Assembly: GCA_963846575.1 (NCBI GenBank)
Contig: CAWJWJ010000002.1
Location: 256,001 to 320,000 of the forward strand
Source: an uncultured Nitrospiraceae bacterium
Lineage (GTDB): Bacteria > Nitrospirota > Nitrospiria > Nitrospirales > Nitrospiraceae
Length of the DNA stretch: 64,000 nucleotides
Direction: 5' to 3'
The notes under the pieces were generated by a model. That model ran no database searches. It was not told where the DNA came from and saw nothing but the letters and a program-made list of their open reading frames with translations. The position numbers and the translations under genes were made by a program. Shown piece by piece: positions 41,281 through 50,363 of this stretch (its first letter is position 1; the number at the start of each line of letters is the position of its first letter).

Positions 41281-42519
41281 TCAGGAAACCGCCCGCTCGA
41301 ACTCCGTCGGAATGGTCCCGAGCACCGAAGAAATCTTGCGCACCGGAGCTTGTTCGTCCTGATTGGCCAGGTCGATGACGAGTGGCACGATATAGGGCGT
41401 GCCGGAGGGGTCGTGTGTAATGGTAATGATCGGTTGGTGCAGCTTGTTGGAATTGAGAACGGAAACGACGGCTCGTTCCCCGGTGGTCAGGGTGACATAA
41501 CTATAGACGGGGTAGATCCCCATCACTTTGACGAAGAGCGAAACCCACTGGTTTTCATACTTGCCCTCGTGTCCTTCCTGGTAGAGCCGTTGCAACGACT
41601 GGTGCGGAGTCAGCGGTGAGGCGCCGCCGAATCCGGTCAGCAGTTCGTCATAACGTTCCGCTACCATGACGATACGGGTCATCTCCGAGGTGAATGCGCC
41701 TCTGGTTTCCGCTGGAAAGCCGCTACCATTCAGGTAGGCATGGTGCTCTGCCACAATTTGTTCAACCGCCGGAGCGAACCCTCCTTGCCGCTCGAGCAGA
41801 ATCGCGCCGGAGCGGGCGTGGGCCTCGTAGGCTCGGCGGTTCTGTTCTGACAGGATGGCGGAGGTATCATGGATCCGCTGAAGTACGGTCGGCGAGACCT
41901 GTAGGAGTCCGAGATCGTGCAGGAGCGCTCCGGTGGCAAGATCCTGGAGCGCAAACAGGTTGTACGCCGCGGCGTGAGCGAGAATCATCGAAAAGGTGCA
42001 GGTCGCGAGCGCATGTTCGCTGAGGGAGTGGTGCCCTCCGCGGCCTTGGCTGAAGGCGATGAACAGAGCACTGGTCGTGAGGGTTTTGGCCACCGCATCG
42101 ATTTCGTGAATGGTGTGTTCGGCCTTCTCAGGATCGACGACACCTGATTCGGTAATGCGCGCAAAGATCGACTGCACCGATTGTTCCAACTGTCGACGCG
42201 CCGTTCGGGCATCCTGCAGCTCCTGCGTCATCGCTTCGAGTGAGCGTACGGCCGATGACTTGGCCGATGAGGAGATCTTCGGGTGTATGGTCACATGCTG
42301 CTTTGCCGGGGCAGAGGCGGACGTCTCCGCCACGTCGAGCCCCCGGGCGGGATCAATCTTGAGTTGTTTCACCCCGGCTCGCCGTAACTTTTGAATCTGT
42401 TCGTCCGTGCGAATCAGAAATGAATGCCTGAAAAATGGCGAGCGGAACCATGCCAGATCCAGTTTAGCGACGTGCATTCCGATCCGAAGCGATTCGATGG
42501 TAATGTGCCGGTATGTCAT
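41281..42519 (-). CDS. HD-GYP domain protein with DUF3391-like N-terminus (variant motifs)
   Basis: LRIGMHV...WFRSPF N-terminus; LLHDLG, HHAYLNGSGFP and MGIYPV. Confidence 0.82.
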   Translation of the reverse strand: MTYRHITIESLRIGMHVAKLDLAWFRSPFFRHSFLIRTDEQIQKLRRAGVKQLKIDPARGLDVAETSASAPAKQHVTIHPKISSSAKSSAVRSLEAMTQELQDARTARRQLEQSVQSIFARITESGVVDPEKAEHTIHEIDAVAKTLTTSALFIAFSQGRGGHHSLSEHALATCTFSMILAHAAAYNLFALQDLATGALLHDLGLLQVSPTVLQRIHDTSAILSEQNRRAYEAHARSGAILLERQGGFAPAVEQIVAEHHAYLNGSGFPAETRGAFTSEMTRIVMVAERYDELLTGFGGASPLTPHQSLQRLYQEGHEGKYENQWVSLFVKVMGIYPVYSYVTLTTGERAVVSVLNSNKLHQPIITITHDPSGTPYIVPLVIDLANQDEQAPVRKISSVLGTIPTEFERAVS

Positions 42520-42578
42520 GACCTGTGAGCGGAGGCGACTGGTGCGTAATCGCGCGCGTGCTCGCGCGCGTCCCCCTC

Positions 42579-43214
42579 TTAGTCTCGCGGCGCAGGCGCG
42601 GGATTCTTCAGAGTAACGATGGGTGATACGGCGGATGCGAGGGGCCGAGGAATATCAGGTGACGCGGTTGGTGCGACTGACAACCGGATGTCCATTCTGG
42701 GATTCTCCCGGTCTTGAAACTTGTACAGGTGGACCTCCACCACCCGATTATCATTCAGCCCCAGCCCTTCGCACATAGCGTCCTGCGCGATTTTCAGTCC
42801 TCCATCAGTATCCCGACGAAGCGCCGATGCAAAGAAAAAATGGATCGATAAGGAGAGGCTCGCCTGACGCAAGATTTGTCTTACATTAACACGATGTGGC
42901 GATTGGGCAAGCGCAACTAGGATTTGTTGCGCGACCAGACTCTTGTAGGCGCGTCCCTTGGCGGAAAGGAGACGACGTCCGTTGACGGTGGCATATTGGT
43001 GATTCACGCTGGGAGGAACCGGCAACGTCAGTTGAATGAAATCCTGAGCGACCAGCACCGCCAGCTGAGGCGGCATGCGCGGGGAACCTGTGGTGCGGGC
43101 TTTGACCGACTTGCGTGAGCGTGCAGGATTCTCGCCGCCAGCTGTGGACGGTTCGGTCGATGCGCGATAAGACGTAGACCTGAGCGTGACGGGGTTTTGT
43201 CGGGGAAGGGACAC
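42579..43214 (-). CDS. RusA-family Holliday junction resolvase (start uncertain: GTG 43214 or ATG 43076)
   Basis: LPVPPSVNHQY...RRDTDGGLKIAQDA...NDNRV. Confidence 0.8.
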   Translation of the reverse strand: MSLPRQNPVTLRSTSYRASTEPSTAGGENPARSRKSVKARTTGSPRMPPQLAVLVAQDFIQLTLPVPPSVNHQYATVNGRRLLSAKGRAYKSLVAQQILVALAQSPHRVNVRQILRQASLSLSIHFFFASALRRDTDGGLKIAQDAMCEGLGLNDNRVVEVHLYKFQDRENPRMDIRLSVAPTASPDIPRPLASAVSPIVTLKNPAPAPRD

Positions 43215-43239
43215 GCGGCGCAAGGGCCTGCCTATTACA

Positions 43240-43680
43240 CTAGAGAAGATTTTGAATCTTAGCCATATCCTGTTCAAACCGATCTTCGGTTCTGGTGAGG
43301 TACCGTCGCCATTCCGCCGGGCCCCAGACCTCCAGTCGGTGATACATTCCCACGAGGAATATTTCCTGATCCTCATCCATGGGGACGAGCTTCCGAAGGC
43401 GGCTTGGAATGAGTACACGGCCGGCCTTATCAATATCCGAGATGCCGGCTTGCGACATCACATGATGCATGAACAGACGGCTCTGATCCTCATCCAGCGT
43501 GGTCCTGGTTCGCTCCAGTACCTTTTCCCACTCCTTGGCTGAATACATCCAAAGCGTCTGTTCCGTATTCTTCAAGAACATCACCTGGTTGCCTTCGGTC
43601 TCGAGGCGTTCCCGGAGAGGAGACGGAATCAGAAAACGTCCCTTTTCATCGACTTTGCAGAGGTATTCACCGGCAAACAT
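43240..43680 (-). CDS. mraZ: MraZ-family transcriptional regulator, not in a dcw cluster
   Basis: MFAGEY...VDEKGRFLIP, DIDKAGRVLIP and RLEVW; GGAGG RBS. Confidence 0.85.
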   Translation of the reverse strand: MFAGEYLCKVDEKGRFLIPSPLRERLETEGNQVMFLKNTEQTLWMYSAKEWEKVLERTRTTLDEDQSRLFMHHVMSQAGISDIDKAGRVLIPSRLRKLVPMDEDQEIFLVGMYHRLEVWGPAEWRRYLTRTEDRFEQDMAKIQNLL

Positions 43681-43695
43681 GATGGGCACCTCCGG

Positions 43696-43893
43696 TCAAG
43701 GCCGCGGTGCGGGGGCGGAACGCTCTCGCAGCCACTGTTCGAGATCGGTGCGAACGAAGCGCCATTCCTTGCCCAGTTTGAATCCAGGCAGATGGCGGTC
43801 CTGAATATAGCGGTACAGGGTACGAGGGCTGACCTTGAGATACCGGCACGTCTCCGCCACAGTCAGGAGTTCGTTCTTGAGGTCGGTTGTCAT
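43696..43893 (-). CDS. Excisionase-like helix-turn-helix (HTH_17) DNA-binding protein
   Basis: LLTVAETCRYLKVSPRTLYRYI...LPGFKLGKEWRF. Confidence 0.88.
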   Translation of the reverse strand: MTTDLKNELLTVAETCRYLKVSPRTLYRYIQDRHLPGFKLGKEWRFVRTDLEQWLRERSAPAPRP

Positions 43894-43955
43894 GTCGAAT
43901 CAGAGGTAGTGCGAGTAAGAACATAGGAGCTAGGGTATGGTGCGTTTCTACCTCG

Positions 43956-43984
43956 ATGGTAGGAGACAAGGCCAAGCCTGTCAA
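43956..43984 (-). promoter_or_regulatory. Sigma70 promoter for the HTH-mraZ-rusA unit
   Basis: TTGACA-17 nt-TACCAT on the minus strand. Confidence 0.7.
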
Positions 43985-44007
43985 GTGATTATTCATGACA
44001 ATATGAG

Positions 44008-44352
44008 TCAGTCGAAGTCGGTAGGGCTCATGTCGGACAGTCCATGCTGCCCGTCTTCCATCGCGGAATCCACTTCGTCCCCAAGGTCCTCGCCCATCTC
44101 CTGCCCCATTTTTTTCATGAATCGGGCCATGCTCTGCGGATCGTTCTCATCCAATCCTCCAAGCTGGCTCGGGTCAGCGAGAGCCTCCAGGCGAGCCTCT
44201 TCAGATTTGGGAGAGGCGAATCGGGACATGAGTCGTTCCAGATCGGGGCTGTGACAGTGACGGCAGGACTGGGGCGGAGGCGCGCTGATGCTCAAGACTA
44301 ATCGGGTGGTTCGTTGTGTACATTGTCGACAGCGATATTCGTAGATCGGCAT
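44008..44352 (-). CDS. FmdB-family zinc-ribbon protein
   Basis: MPIYEYRCRQC...CRHC...LERLMSRF. Confidence 0.88.
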   Translation of the reverse strand: MPIYEYRCRQCTQRTTRLVLSISAPPPQSCRHCHSPDLERLMSRFASPKSEEARLEALADPSQLGGLDENDPQSMARFMKKMGQEMGEDLGDEVDSAMEDGQHGLSDMSPTDFD

Positions 44353-44355
44353 AGA

Positions 44356-45153
44356 CTAGGCTCGCAGGTCCCCTGGTTGATCAAAGGCTGAGGGCGGCAG
44401 TGCTGAGTCCGGCACCATGCCCCTCTCGACCGAACGAGCAAGGGCGAGGACCGCCACCTCCAGAGCGCCAGCTTGGAGGAGAACTTTCGCACATTCATTC
44501 ACGGTGGTGCCAGTGGTGAACACGTCGTCGATGATCAGGATGCGTTTGCCAAGGACTTCCCGGGGAACACGGAGTGCGAAGGCCTGATGAAGATTTCGAA
44601 GGCGGGCGGAGCGCGGAAGGGTGATTTGCGGATCCGTATCGACCGTTCGCATGAGGTTTCGCCAGGACACCGGTCGCTGTAACACCGGACTGATGCGGTC
44701 GGCCAGAAGCAGCGACTGATTAAATTCCCTCTCACGGAGCCGTGCGGGATGAAGCGGAACGGGCATCAGTATGTCGGTAGTCAGATCCGGCGGGAGGGAA
44801 CGCGCCAATAATGCACCCAACGAATCCGCTAACGCCACCTTGCCTCGATATTTGAACAGCGCGATGGCATCTCGCAGTGGGGGAGTGTAGGCGTAGGAAG
44901 CCCACACCTGGGTATACTGAGGGGCACGTGTACGACAATCATGACATTCGTGCGTGGGGCTATGACTTGTGGCTGAGGCTGATGCGAAGGGGCGATGGCA
45001 ACGGGGGCAGCCTGGCCCCGGCAGAGGTCGAATGTATTCCCAGCATTGACGGCAAAAAAACGGGTTGGGATCGTCGGTTAGCGGCTGAGTGCAACTGGTG
45101 CAAGCCGATGGCAGTAACAGTCGCGCGGCTCGTCTCAGCATACTTGCGACCAT
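44356..45153 (-). CDS. comF: ComF-family phosphoribosyltransferase with double zinc ribbon
   Basis: Four CxxC pairs, VPLHPARLREREFNQS and IIDDVFTTGTT; start approximate. Confidence 0.88.
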   Translation of the reverse strand: MVASMLRRAARLLLPSACTSCTQPLTDDPNPFFCRQCWEYIRPLPGPGCPRCHRPFASASATSHSPTHECHDCRTRAPQYTQVWASYAYTPPLRDAIALFKYRGKVALADSLGALLARSLPPDLTTDILMPVPLHPARLREREFNQSLLLADRISPVLQRPVSWRNLMRTVDTDPQITLPRSARLRNLHQAFALRVPREVLGKRILIIDDVFTTGTTVNECAKVLLQAGALEVAVLALARSVERGMVPDSALPPSAFDQPGDLRA

Positions 45154-45372
45154 CACGGGTGATCCCCTCCTGCTCATGCAGCGCACCTCACCAGAATCGA
45201 GCGTTCGACTTGTACGGAAAACCCTTCTGCCTGTCAAGGTTGTGACCTGTAAAGAGGGTATGGTATAGGACCATTCTGCCTGCGTAAGGACACGTTAGTG
45301 TGATCGGGCAGGTGGAGGCAGACTTGCCTGCCGACGATTCACCTCAAGTATACGGTCATCAGTCCCCAAAGC

Positions 45373-46071
45373 ATGCCAGACCCTGTCAAGACGCTCGTGA
45401 CTGTGCAGAATCTCTCCAAGGAATACAGTCGCGGACAGTCCGTCGTCCACGCGCTTCAAGATATCACCCTTGACGTGAAGCCGGGAGAATTCGGCGCCTT
45501 CGTGGGTCCCAGCGGCTGTGGGAAGAGTACCCTGCTGAATCTCATCGGAGGTTTGGACCAGCCCACTTCCGGCAGCATCGCCATCGAGAACCAGTGTGTG
45601 ACTCAAGCCAGTGCCGCTGAGTGGACGCGACTGCGGCGGGAGTTGATCGGAATCGTCTTTCAAGCCTTTCATCTCATCCCGGGACTGACCGTTGCGGAAA
45701 ACGTAGCACTGCCTCTTTTGCTCAGAGGAGAGTACGGGGGGGCGGTCGCGGAACGTGTGAAGGAGGTACTGGGGGCGGTGGGAATGGATGCTCGCCGTTC
45801 GCATCGACCCAGCGAGTTATCGGGTGGTGAACAGCAGCGTGTCGCCATTGCCCGGGCCATCGTACATCGGCCGCGACTCATTTTGGCAGACGAACCAACA
45901 GGCAATTTGGATTCGAAACAGGGTGCCGACATCATCACGCTATTCCGCACGCTTCCACGACGCTTCGGCCACTCGGTGTTACTGGTGACACACAGCGAAG
46001 TCGCGGCGGCAGCGGCGGACTATGTGTGGCATATGCGGGATGGCCGGCTGGTGAACTGTGTGCGACAGTAG
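45373..46071 (+). CDS. ABC transporter ATP-binding protein (LolD/MacB-like)
   Basis: GPSGCGKST, LSGGEQQR and ADEPTGNLD. Confidence 0.9.
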   Translation: MPDPVKTLVTVQNLSKEYSRGQSVVHALQDITLDVKPGEFGAFVGPSGCGKSTLLNLIGGLDQPTSGSIAIENQCVTQASAAEWTRLRRELIGIVFQAFHLIPGLTVAENVALPLLLRGEYGGAVAERVKEVLGAVGMDARRSHRPSELSGGEQQRVAIARAIVHRPRLILADEPTGNLDSKQGADIITLFRTLPRRFGHSVLLVTHSEVAAAAADYVWHMRDGRLVNCVRQ

Positions 46072-46298
46072 TCCATGGCGGCTGGAAAAAATATCTCGAA
46101 CGCACCGGCCTGCCGACCGGTCCGATATGAACGCGGCCTCGGTAAGCAGGAGATTTAAATGTCGACTAAGCAGGACCGCGCCCGGTGCGCGCCAAGCTCT
46201 CCGCGGAGCATAATGTGCCTTGGGCGTTGCTGGGTCGGCCCTGCGGCCTGTGCAAGTGGGCGGACGTTGTGTGGGTCTCACGATGAGAAAGGATCAGC

Positions 46299-47225
46299 AT
46301 GGATTTGAGCGCCACCATTGCCGGCGTGAAGTTTCCAACCTGTTTGATGAATGCGTCCGGGGCACTCTGTATGACGCGCGAGGAGTTGCTCGCACTGGGC
46401 CGCTCACGCGCGGGGGCGATCGTGACCAAATCGATGACACTGGAACCACGTCTGGGAAATCCCGAACCGCGTTATTATGGCTTCCCGGGCGGCTCCATCA
46501 ACTCGATGGGGCTTCCGAATCTCGGGTACCGGGCCTATGCGGAACTGATTCCCGAACTCAAACAGTTTGGCAAGCCGGTCATCGCCAGTATAGCCGGACT
46601 TTGTGAGGACGATTTCCTCATCATGGCCCGGGTGATCAATCAGGCCGGCCCTGATCTCATCGAGGTGAATCTATCCTGTCCGAACATTCCGGGGAAACCG
46701 CAGATTGCTTATGATCCGGTTGACTCAGAGCGGCTCTTGAAGCGGGTGCGTCCCCTCATCAGTGTACCCATGGGTGTGAAGTTGCCGCCCTATTTCGACC
46801 CGGTTCACCATGCCGTGATGGCCGAGGTGATTCGTCGCTGTGGTGTGGACTATTTGAATCTGATTAATTCCGTCGGCAATGGACTCGTCGTAGATCCCAA
46901 GCTCGAAAGTGCAGTCATCAAGCCCAAAGGGGGATTCGGAGGTTTAGGGGGCGCGTTGATCAAACCTGTCGCGCTCGCAAATGTGCGGGCCTTTTGGAAA
47001 CTGCTGCAGGGACGGATTCCGATCATCGGCACCGGCGGGGTCATGGAAGGGGTAGATGTATATGAACATGTCCTGTGCGGCGCATCGGCGGTGCAGGTGG
47101 GAACGGCATTGGTGGAAGAAGGCGTAGAAGTGTTCGACAGGTTGGAAAACGAATTGGCGGCGGAGCTTGTCGCCCGCGACAAGCGGGGACCGAGTGAGTG
47201 CCGGGGAAGTTTGAAAGAGTTATAG
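46299..47225 (+). CDS. pyrD: Dihydroorotate dehydrogenase, class 1A-like
   Basis: NASG, INSMGLPN, NLSCPN, KLPPY and GGFGGLGG; no pyrK adjacent. Confidence 0.88.
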   Translation: MDLSATIAGVKFPTCLMNASGALCMTREELLALGRSRAGAIVTKSMTLEPRLGNPEPRYYGFPGGSINSMGLPNLGYRAYAELIPELKQFGKPVIASIAGLCEDDFLIMARVINQAGPDLIEVNLSCPNIPGKPQIAYDPVDSERLLKRVRPLISVPMGVKLPPYFDPVHHAVMAEVIRRCGVDYLNLINSVGNGLVVDPKLESAVIKPKGGFGGLGGALIKPVALANVRAFWKLLQGRIPIIGTGGVMEGVDVYEHVLCGASAVQVGTALVEEGVEVFDRLENELAAELVARDKRGPSECRGSLKEL

Positions 47226-47268
47226 CGGAAGAGACAGTGAGACTCTCTGCGGAACGGGTGTGCGGGAA

Positions 47269-47613
47269 TTATTTGAATGCGAAATTTTTCGGGAGAAATC
47301 CCTGCTGCAGCGCTTGACGGAGAAGCTGTGCCACGTTGCGAACCTTGAGCCGCCGCATCAGATTGAACCGATGCACCTCCACCGTCCGGACGCTGATCTC
47401 AAGCCGGCGGGCAATATCCCGGTTCGTATTCCCTTGCGACACCAGTTTCAAAATTTCTTTCTGGCGCGGCGTGAGGCCGTCCGATCGCTTGCCGGTCGGT
47501 TTCGTCGGTCTGCTCGATTGAGTCCTCTTGGTGGCGCGCGCAGTCTTAATTGGCCTGGCGGGCTTTCTCGTCTTGGAAGATTTTTTGGAGCGAACCGGTT
47601 TGCGAGGTGCCAT
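47269..47613 (-). CDS. Stand-alone LuxR HTH regulator with Lys/Arg-rich N-terminal tail
   Basis: MAPRKPVRSKKSSKTRKP... followed by LTPRQKEIL...SVRTVEVHR. Confidence 0.85.
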   Translation of the reverse strand: MAPRKPVRSKKSSKTRKPARPIKTARATKRTQSSRPTKPTGKRSDGLTPRQKEILKLVSQGNTNRDIARRLEISVRTVEVHRFNLMRRLKVRNVAQLLRQALQQGFLPKNFAFK

Positions 47614-47708
47614 AGAGATTCTGTGTCCCAAATTCTACTGTTAGTAATCTTAGCATACCTAGGGAAATCTGTAAAAACAATTACTGGGCCCTAAACTGGC
47701 GTGCACTG

Positions 47709-50363
47709 ATGTCATTGATACCTTTGTCTTTCGTCGCAGTTTTCGTTCGCCTGGGATGGACCCATTTGTTCACGCATCCTGGTCGTACCTTCCTCACCAC
47801 GGTCGGAGTGGGACTAGGAGTGGCGGCAACCATTGCCGTTCAAACGGCCAATGTGAATGTTTTACGTTCATTCGAAGAGTCTGTCTTGAAGGTGGCCGGT
47901 CCCGTGACCCTGGAGGTGTCAGCAGGAGAGGCCGGAATGGATGAGGGTCTTATCACCGTCGTGCGACGCGTTTCCGGGGTGGAATCGGCAAGACCGGTAG
48001 TGGATGTGGGCGTTCGGATGGCTTTAGGTGACGGGCGGCAGCAGTCGCTCCGTATCCTCGGAGTGGACCTTTTGGATGAACTAAACTCGCCGAAAGGTCG
48101 TATTCCCGCTTCCTTCGAGGCGCTCAAAAACACAGGACAGGAGCAAGGGTTGGAAGGCCTGCTGGCCCCCCATGGCATGTTAGTGGGCCACGCCTTGGCG
48201 TCGGAGTTGGAGCTTCAACCTCGGAGCGACCTTGCCCTGGAGATCGGGGGGCGAAAGGTGGCGGTCACGGTGACCGCAGTGCTGGATCCAGGACTGGATT
48301 CCCGATCGATATGGGACCGTCTGGCGGTCATGGACATTGCCGCCGCGCAACGGACATTCGGCCTAGTCGGGCGTTTGGATCGCATTGATGTCGTCACGCA
48401 GTCTTCATCTCCGGTCGAGCAGGTGGCTGAGGCGATCCAGCGGATACTGCCTCCCGCTGTCACGGTACAACGTCCGATTCAGCGCAGCCGACAGGTCGAA
48501 TCGATGGTCGGCGCATTTCAAATGAATTTGTCCGTGTTGAGTATGGTGGGTCTCCTGGTCGGCATATTCTTGATCTACAACACGGTGTCTTTTGCCGTGA
48601 CGCAACGTCGGCGGGAGGTAGGAATACTGCGCGCGATCGGGATGTCCGAACTGATGGTCGTTGCTCTCTTTCTGGTGGAGGCCGGACTGTTTGGTTTGGC
48701 TGGGGGATTCGTCGGAGGCGGACTGGGCCTCCTCCTCGGCAATGTACTGGTTGGTTTGGTTGGCCGAACCATCCATGATTTGTATGCCCCGATGGCCGAC
48801 ATCTCGCAAGTGTTCGGGTTCCCGCCAGGATCCGGCCTGCTGTTACTTGAAGCCCTGGTGATCGGCAGCGGCGTGTCTATGCTGGGTGCGCTGGGACCGA
48901 GTGTGGATGCGGGACGTACTATTGTGGTCGCAGCCCTGGCTCCGGGAGAGTACGACGTTGCACAGCGAATGCGTGCGGTTCCTCTTGGTATCGGCGGGGC
49001 TATGTTGTTGGTGATCGCAATGGGCTGTGCCCTGGCCGATCCCATCGGCGGAGTGCCGGTCTTCGGGTATCTTGCGACTTTTTGCATCCTGGCCGGGTTA
49101 TCCTGTTTAGCTCCGATTGTGATTCAGCAGTTTTGTGGCGCGCGAGAGTTAGACAAGGCTCCGCTCTCGCCGTCTTTGGGAGGCGCCATCCGGCACATTG
49201 CACGGGAGCAGACCACCAGGGGCATGGGGCGGAATGCGGTCACGGTTTCCGCTTTCCTCGTGGGCGTGGCCATCATGGTCGGCGTCCTGGTGATGATTCG
49301 CAGTTTTCGAGATACGGTAGAGATCTGGATTGATCAGACCGTCATGGCGGATCTCATCGTGGCCCCAGGGGGGTGGCCACAGACCAGCCACAGCGGCACC
49401 GTTAACAGCACGCTTCCCGCGCTCTGGCGAGCGACGTTGGCCCGGACGGACCAGGTGTCCGCCGTCGATGCGTACCGTGATCTTCGGATCGAGTTACGGG
49501 GACGACAGGTTGCATTGGTATCCCGGGATCTGGCGCTCCATGCTGCGCGAAGTCGATACCTTTTCCTTGAAGGTCAAGCGGTGGAAATTTTGGCTGGCGC
49601 CGCCGCCGGGCAGGGGGCCATCCTTTCTGAGGTGTTGGCGAATGCTCTCAATGTGACGAGAGGCGACAGGTTGTCCGTCATAACGCCGTCGGGTGAGAAA
49701 TCGATTACGGTTTTGGGAGTATTCTTCGACTATGCGACAGATGGCGGAAAGCTCGTACTTGATCGTTCGCTGTTCCAGAGATGGTGGCAGGATGATGCCG
49801 TCACCCTTTTCTCCGTTTATACCGAAACCGGTGCGGATCTTGGGCGCGTCCGGCTCGCCCTTTTAGACAACCTGGCACAGGAAACGGGAGGGACGAGGTC
49901 AACGACAGTGTTGACCAATGGGGAGTTGCGAGAGGAGATTCTTCGTATTTTTGACCGCACGTTCACTCTGACTTACGTGCTGGAAGCCATCGCCGTGATC
50001 ATTGCGATGCTCGGGATCATCAATACGCTCGTGACGTCAGTCGTGGAACGACGTCGAGAGTTGGCGACGTTGCAAGCGGTCGGCAGCAGTCAGGGACAAA
50101 TTATTGCTCTCATTCTGTGGGAGGCTGGATACCTTGGTCTGCTGGGGACGGCGATGGGATTGTTCGGAGGGCTTGCGCTTGCCTGGATACTGGTCCGAGT
50201 CATCAACCGGCAGTCGTTCGGCTGGACGATCCAGATCTCGTGGCCCATTGGCCTTATGGCCGAAGTCGCCGTCCTGGCCTTGGTGGCGTCGCTCCTTGCC
50301 GGACTCTGGCCGGCAAGGTGGGCTGCCAAACAACCGCTGATAGAGGGATTGCGTTATGAATGA
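47709..50363 (+). CDS. Large FtsX-like ABC permease (duplicated domain)
   Basis: 884 aa with two FtsX repeats (QRRREVGILRAIG, ERRRELATLQAVG). Confidence 0.9.
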   Translation: MSLIPLSFVAVFVRLGWTHLFTHPGRTFLTTVGVGLGVAATIAVQTANVNVLRSFEESVLKVAGPVTLEVSAGEAGMDEGLITVVRRVSGVESARPVVDVGVRMALGDGRQQSLRILGVDLLDELNSPKGRIPASFEALKNTGQEQGLEGLLAPHGMLVGHALASELELQPRSDLALEIGGRKVAVTVTAVLDPGLDSRSIWDRLAVMDIAAAQRTFGLVGRLDRIDVVTQSSSPVEQVAEAIQRILPPAVTVQRPIQRSRQVESMVGAFQMNLSVLSMVGLLVGIFLIYNTVSFAVTQRRREVGILRAIGMSELMVVALFLVEAGLFGLAGGFVGGGLGLLLGNVLVGLVGRTIHDLYAPMADISQVFGFPPGSGLLLLEALVIGSGVSMLGALGPSVDAGRTIVVAALAPGEYDVAQRMRAVPLGIGGAMLLVIAMGCALADPIGGVPVFGYLATFCILAGLSCLAPIVIQQFCGARELDKAPLSPSLGGAIRHIAREQTTRGMGRNAVTVSAFLVGVAIMVGVLVMIRSFRDTVEIWIDQTVMADLIVAPGGWPQTSHSGTVNSTLPALWRATLARTDQVSAVDAYRDLRIELRGRQVALVSRDLALHAARSRYLFLEGQAVEILAGAAAGQGAILSEVLANALNVTRGDRLSVITPSGEKSITVLGVFFDYATDGGKLVLDRSLFQRWWQDDAVTLFSVYTETGADLGRVRLALLDNLAQETGGTRSTTVLTNGELREEILRIFDRTFTLTYVLEAIAVIIAMLGIINTLVTSVVERRRELATLQAVGSSQGQIIALILWEAGYLGLLGTAMGLFGGLALAWILVRVINRQSFGWTIQISWPIGLMAEVAVLALVASLLAGLWPARWAAKQPLIEGLRYE

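Noticed and set aside
42579..43893. Prophage call from rusA and the xis-like gene
   Set aside because: No integrase, att repeats or structural genes, and no evident compositional shift
46143..46175. TAAGCAGGA direct repeat upstream of pyrD
   Set aside because: Only two 9-nt copies; no PyrR loop or attenuator recognisable
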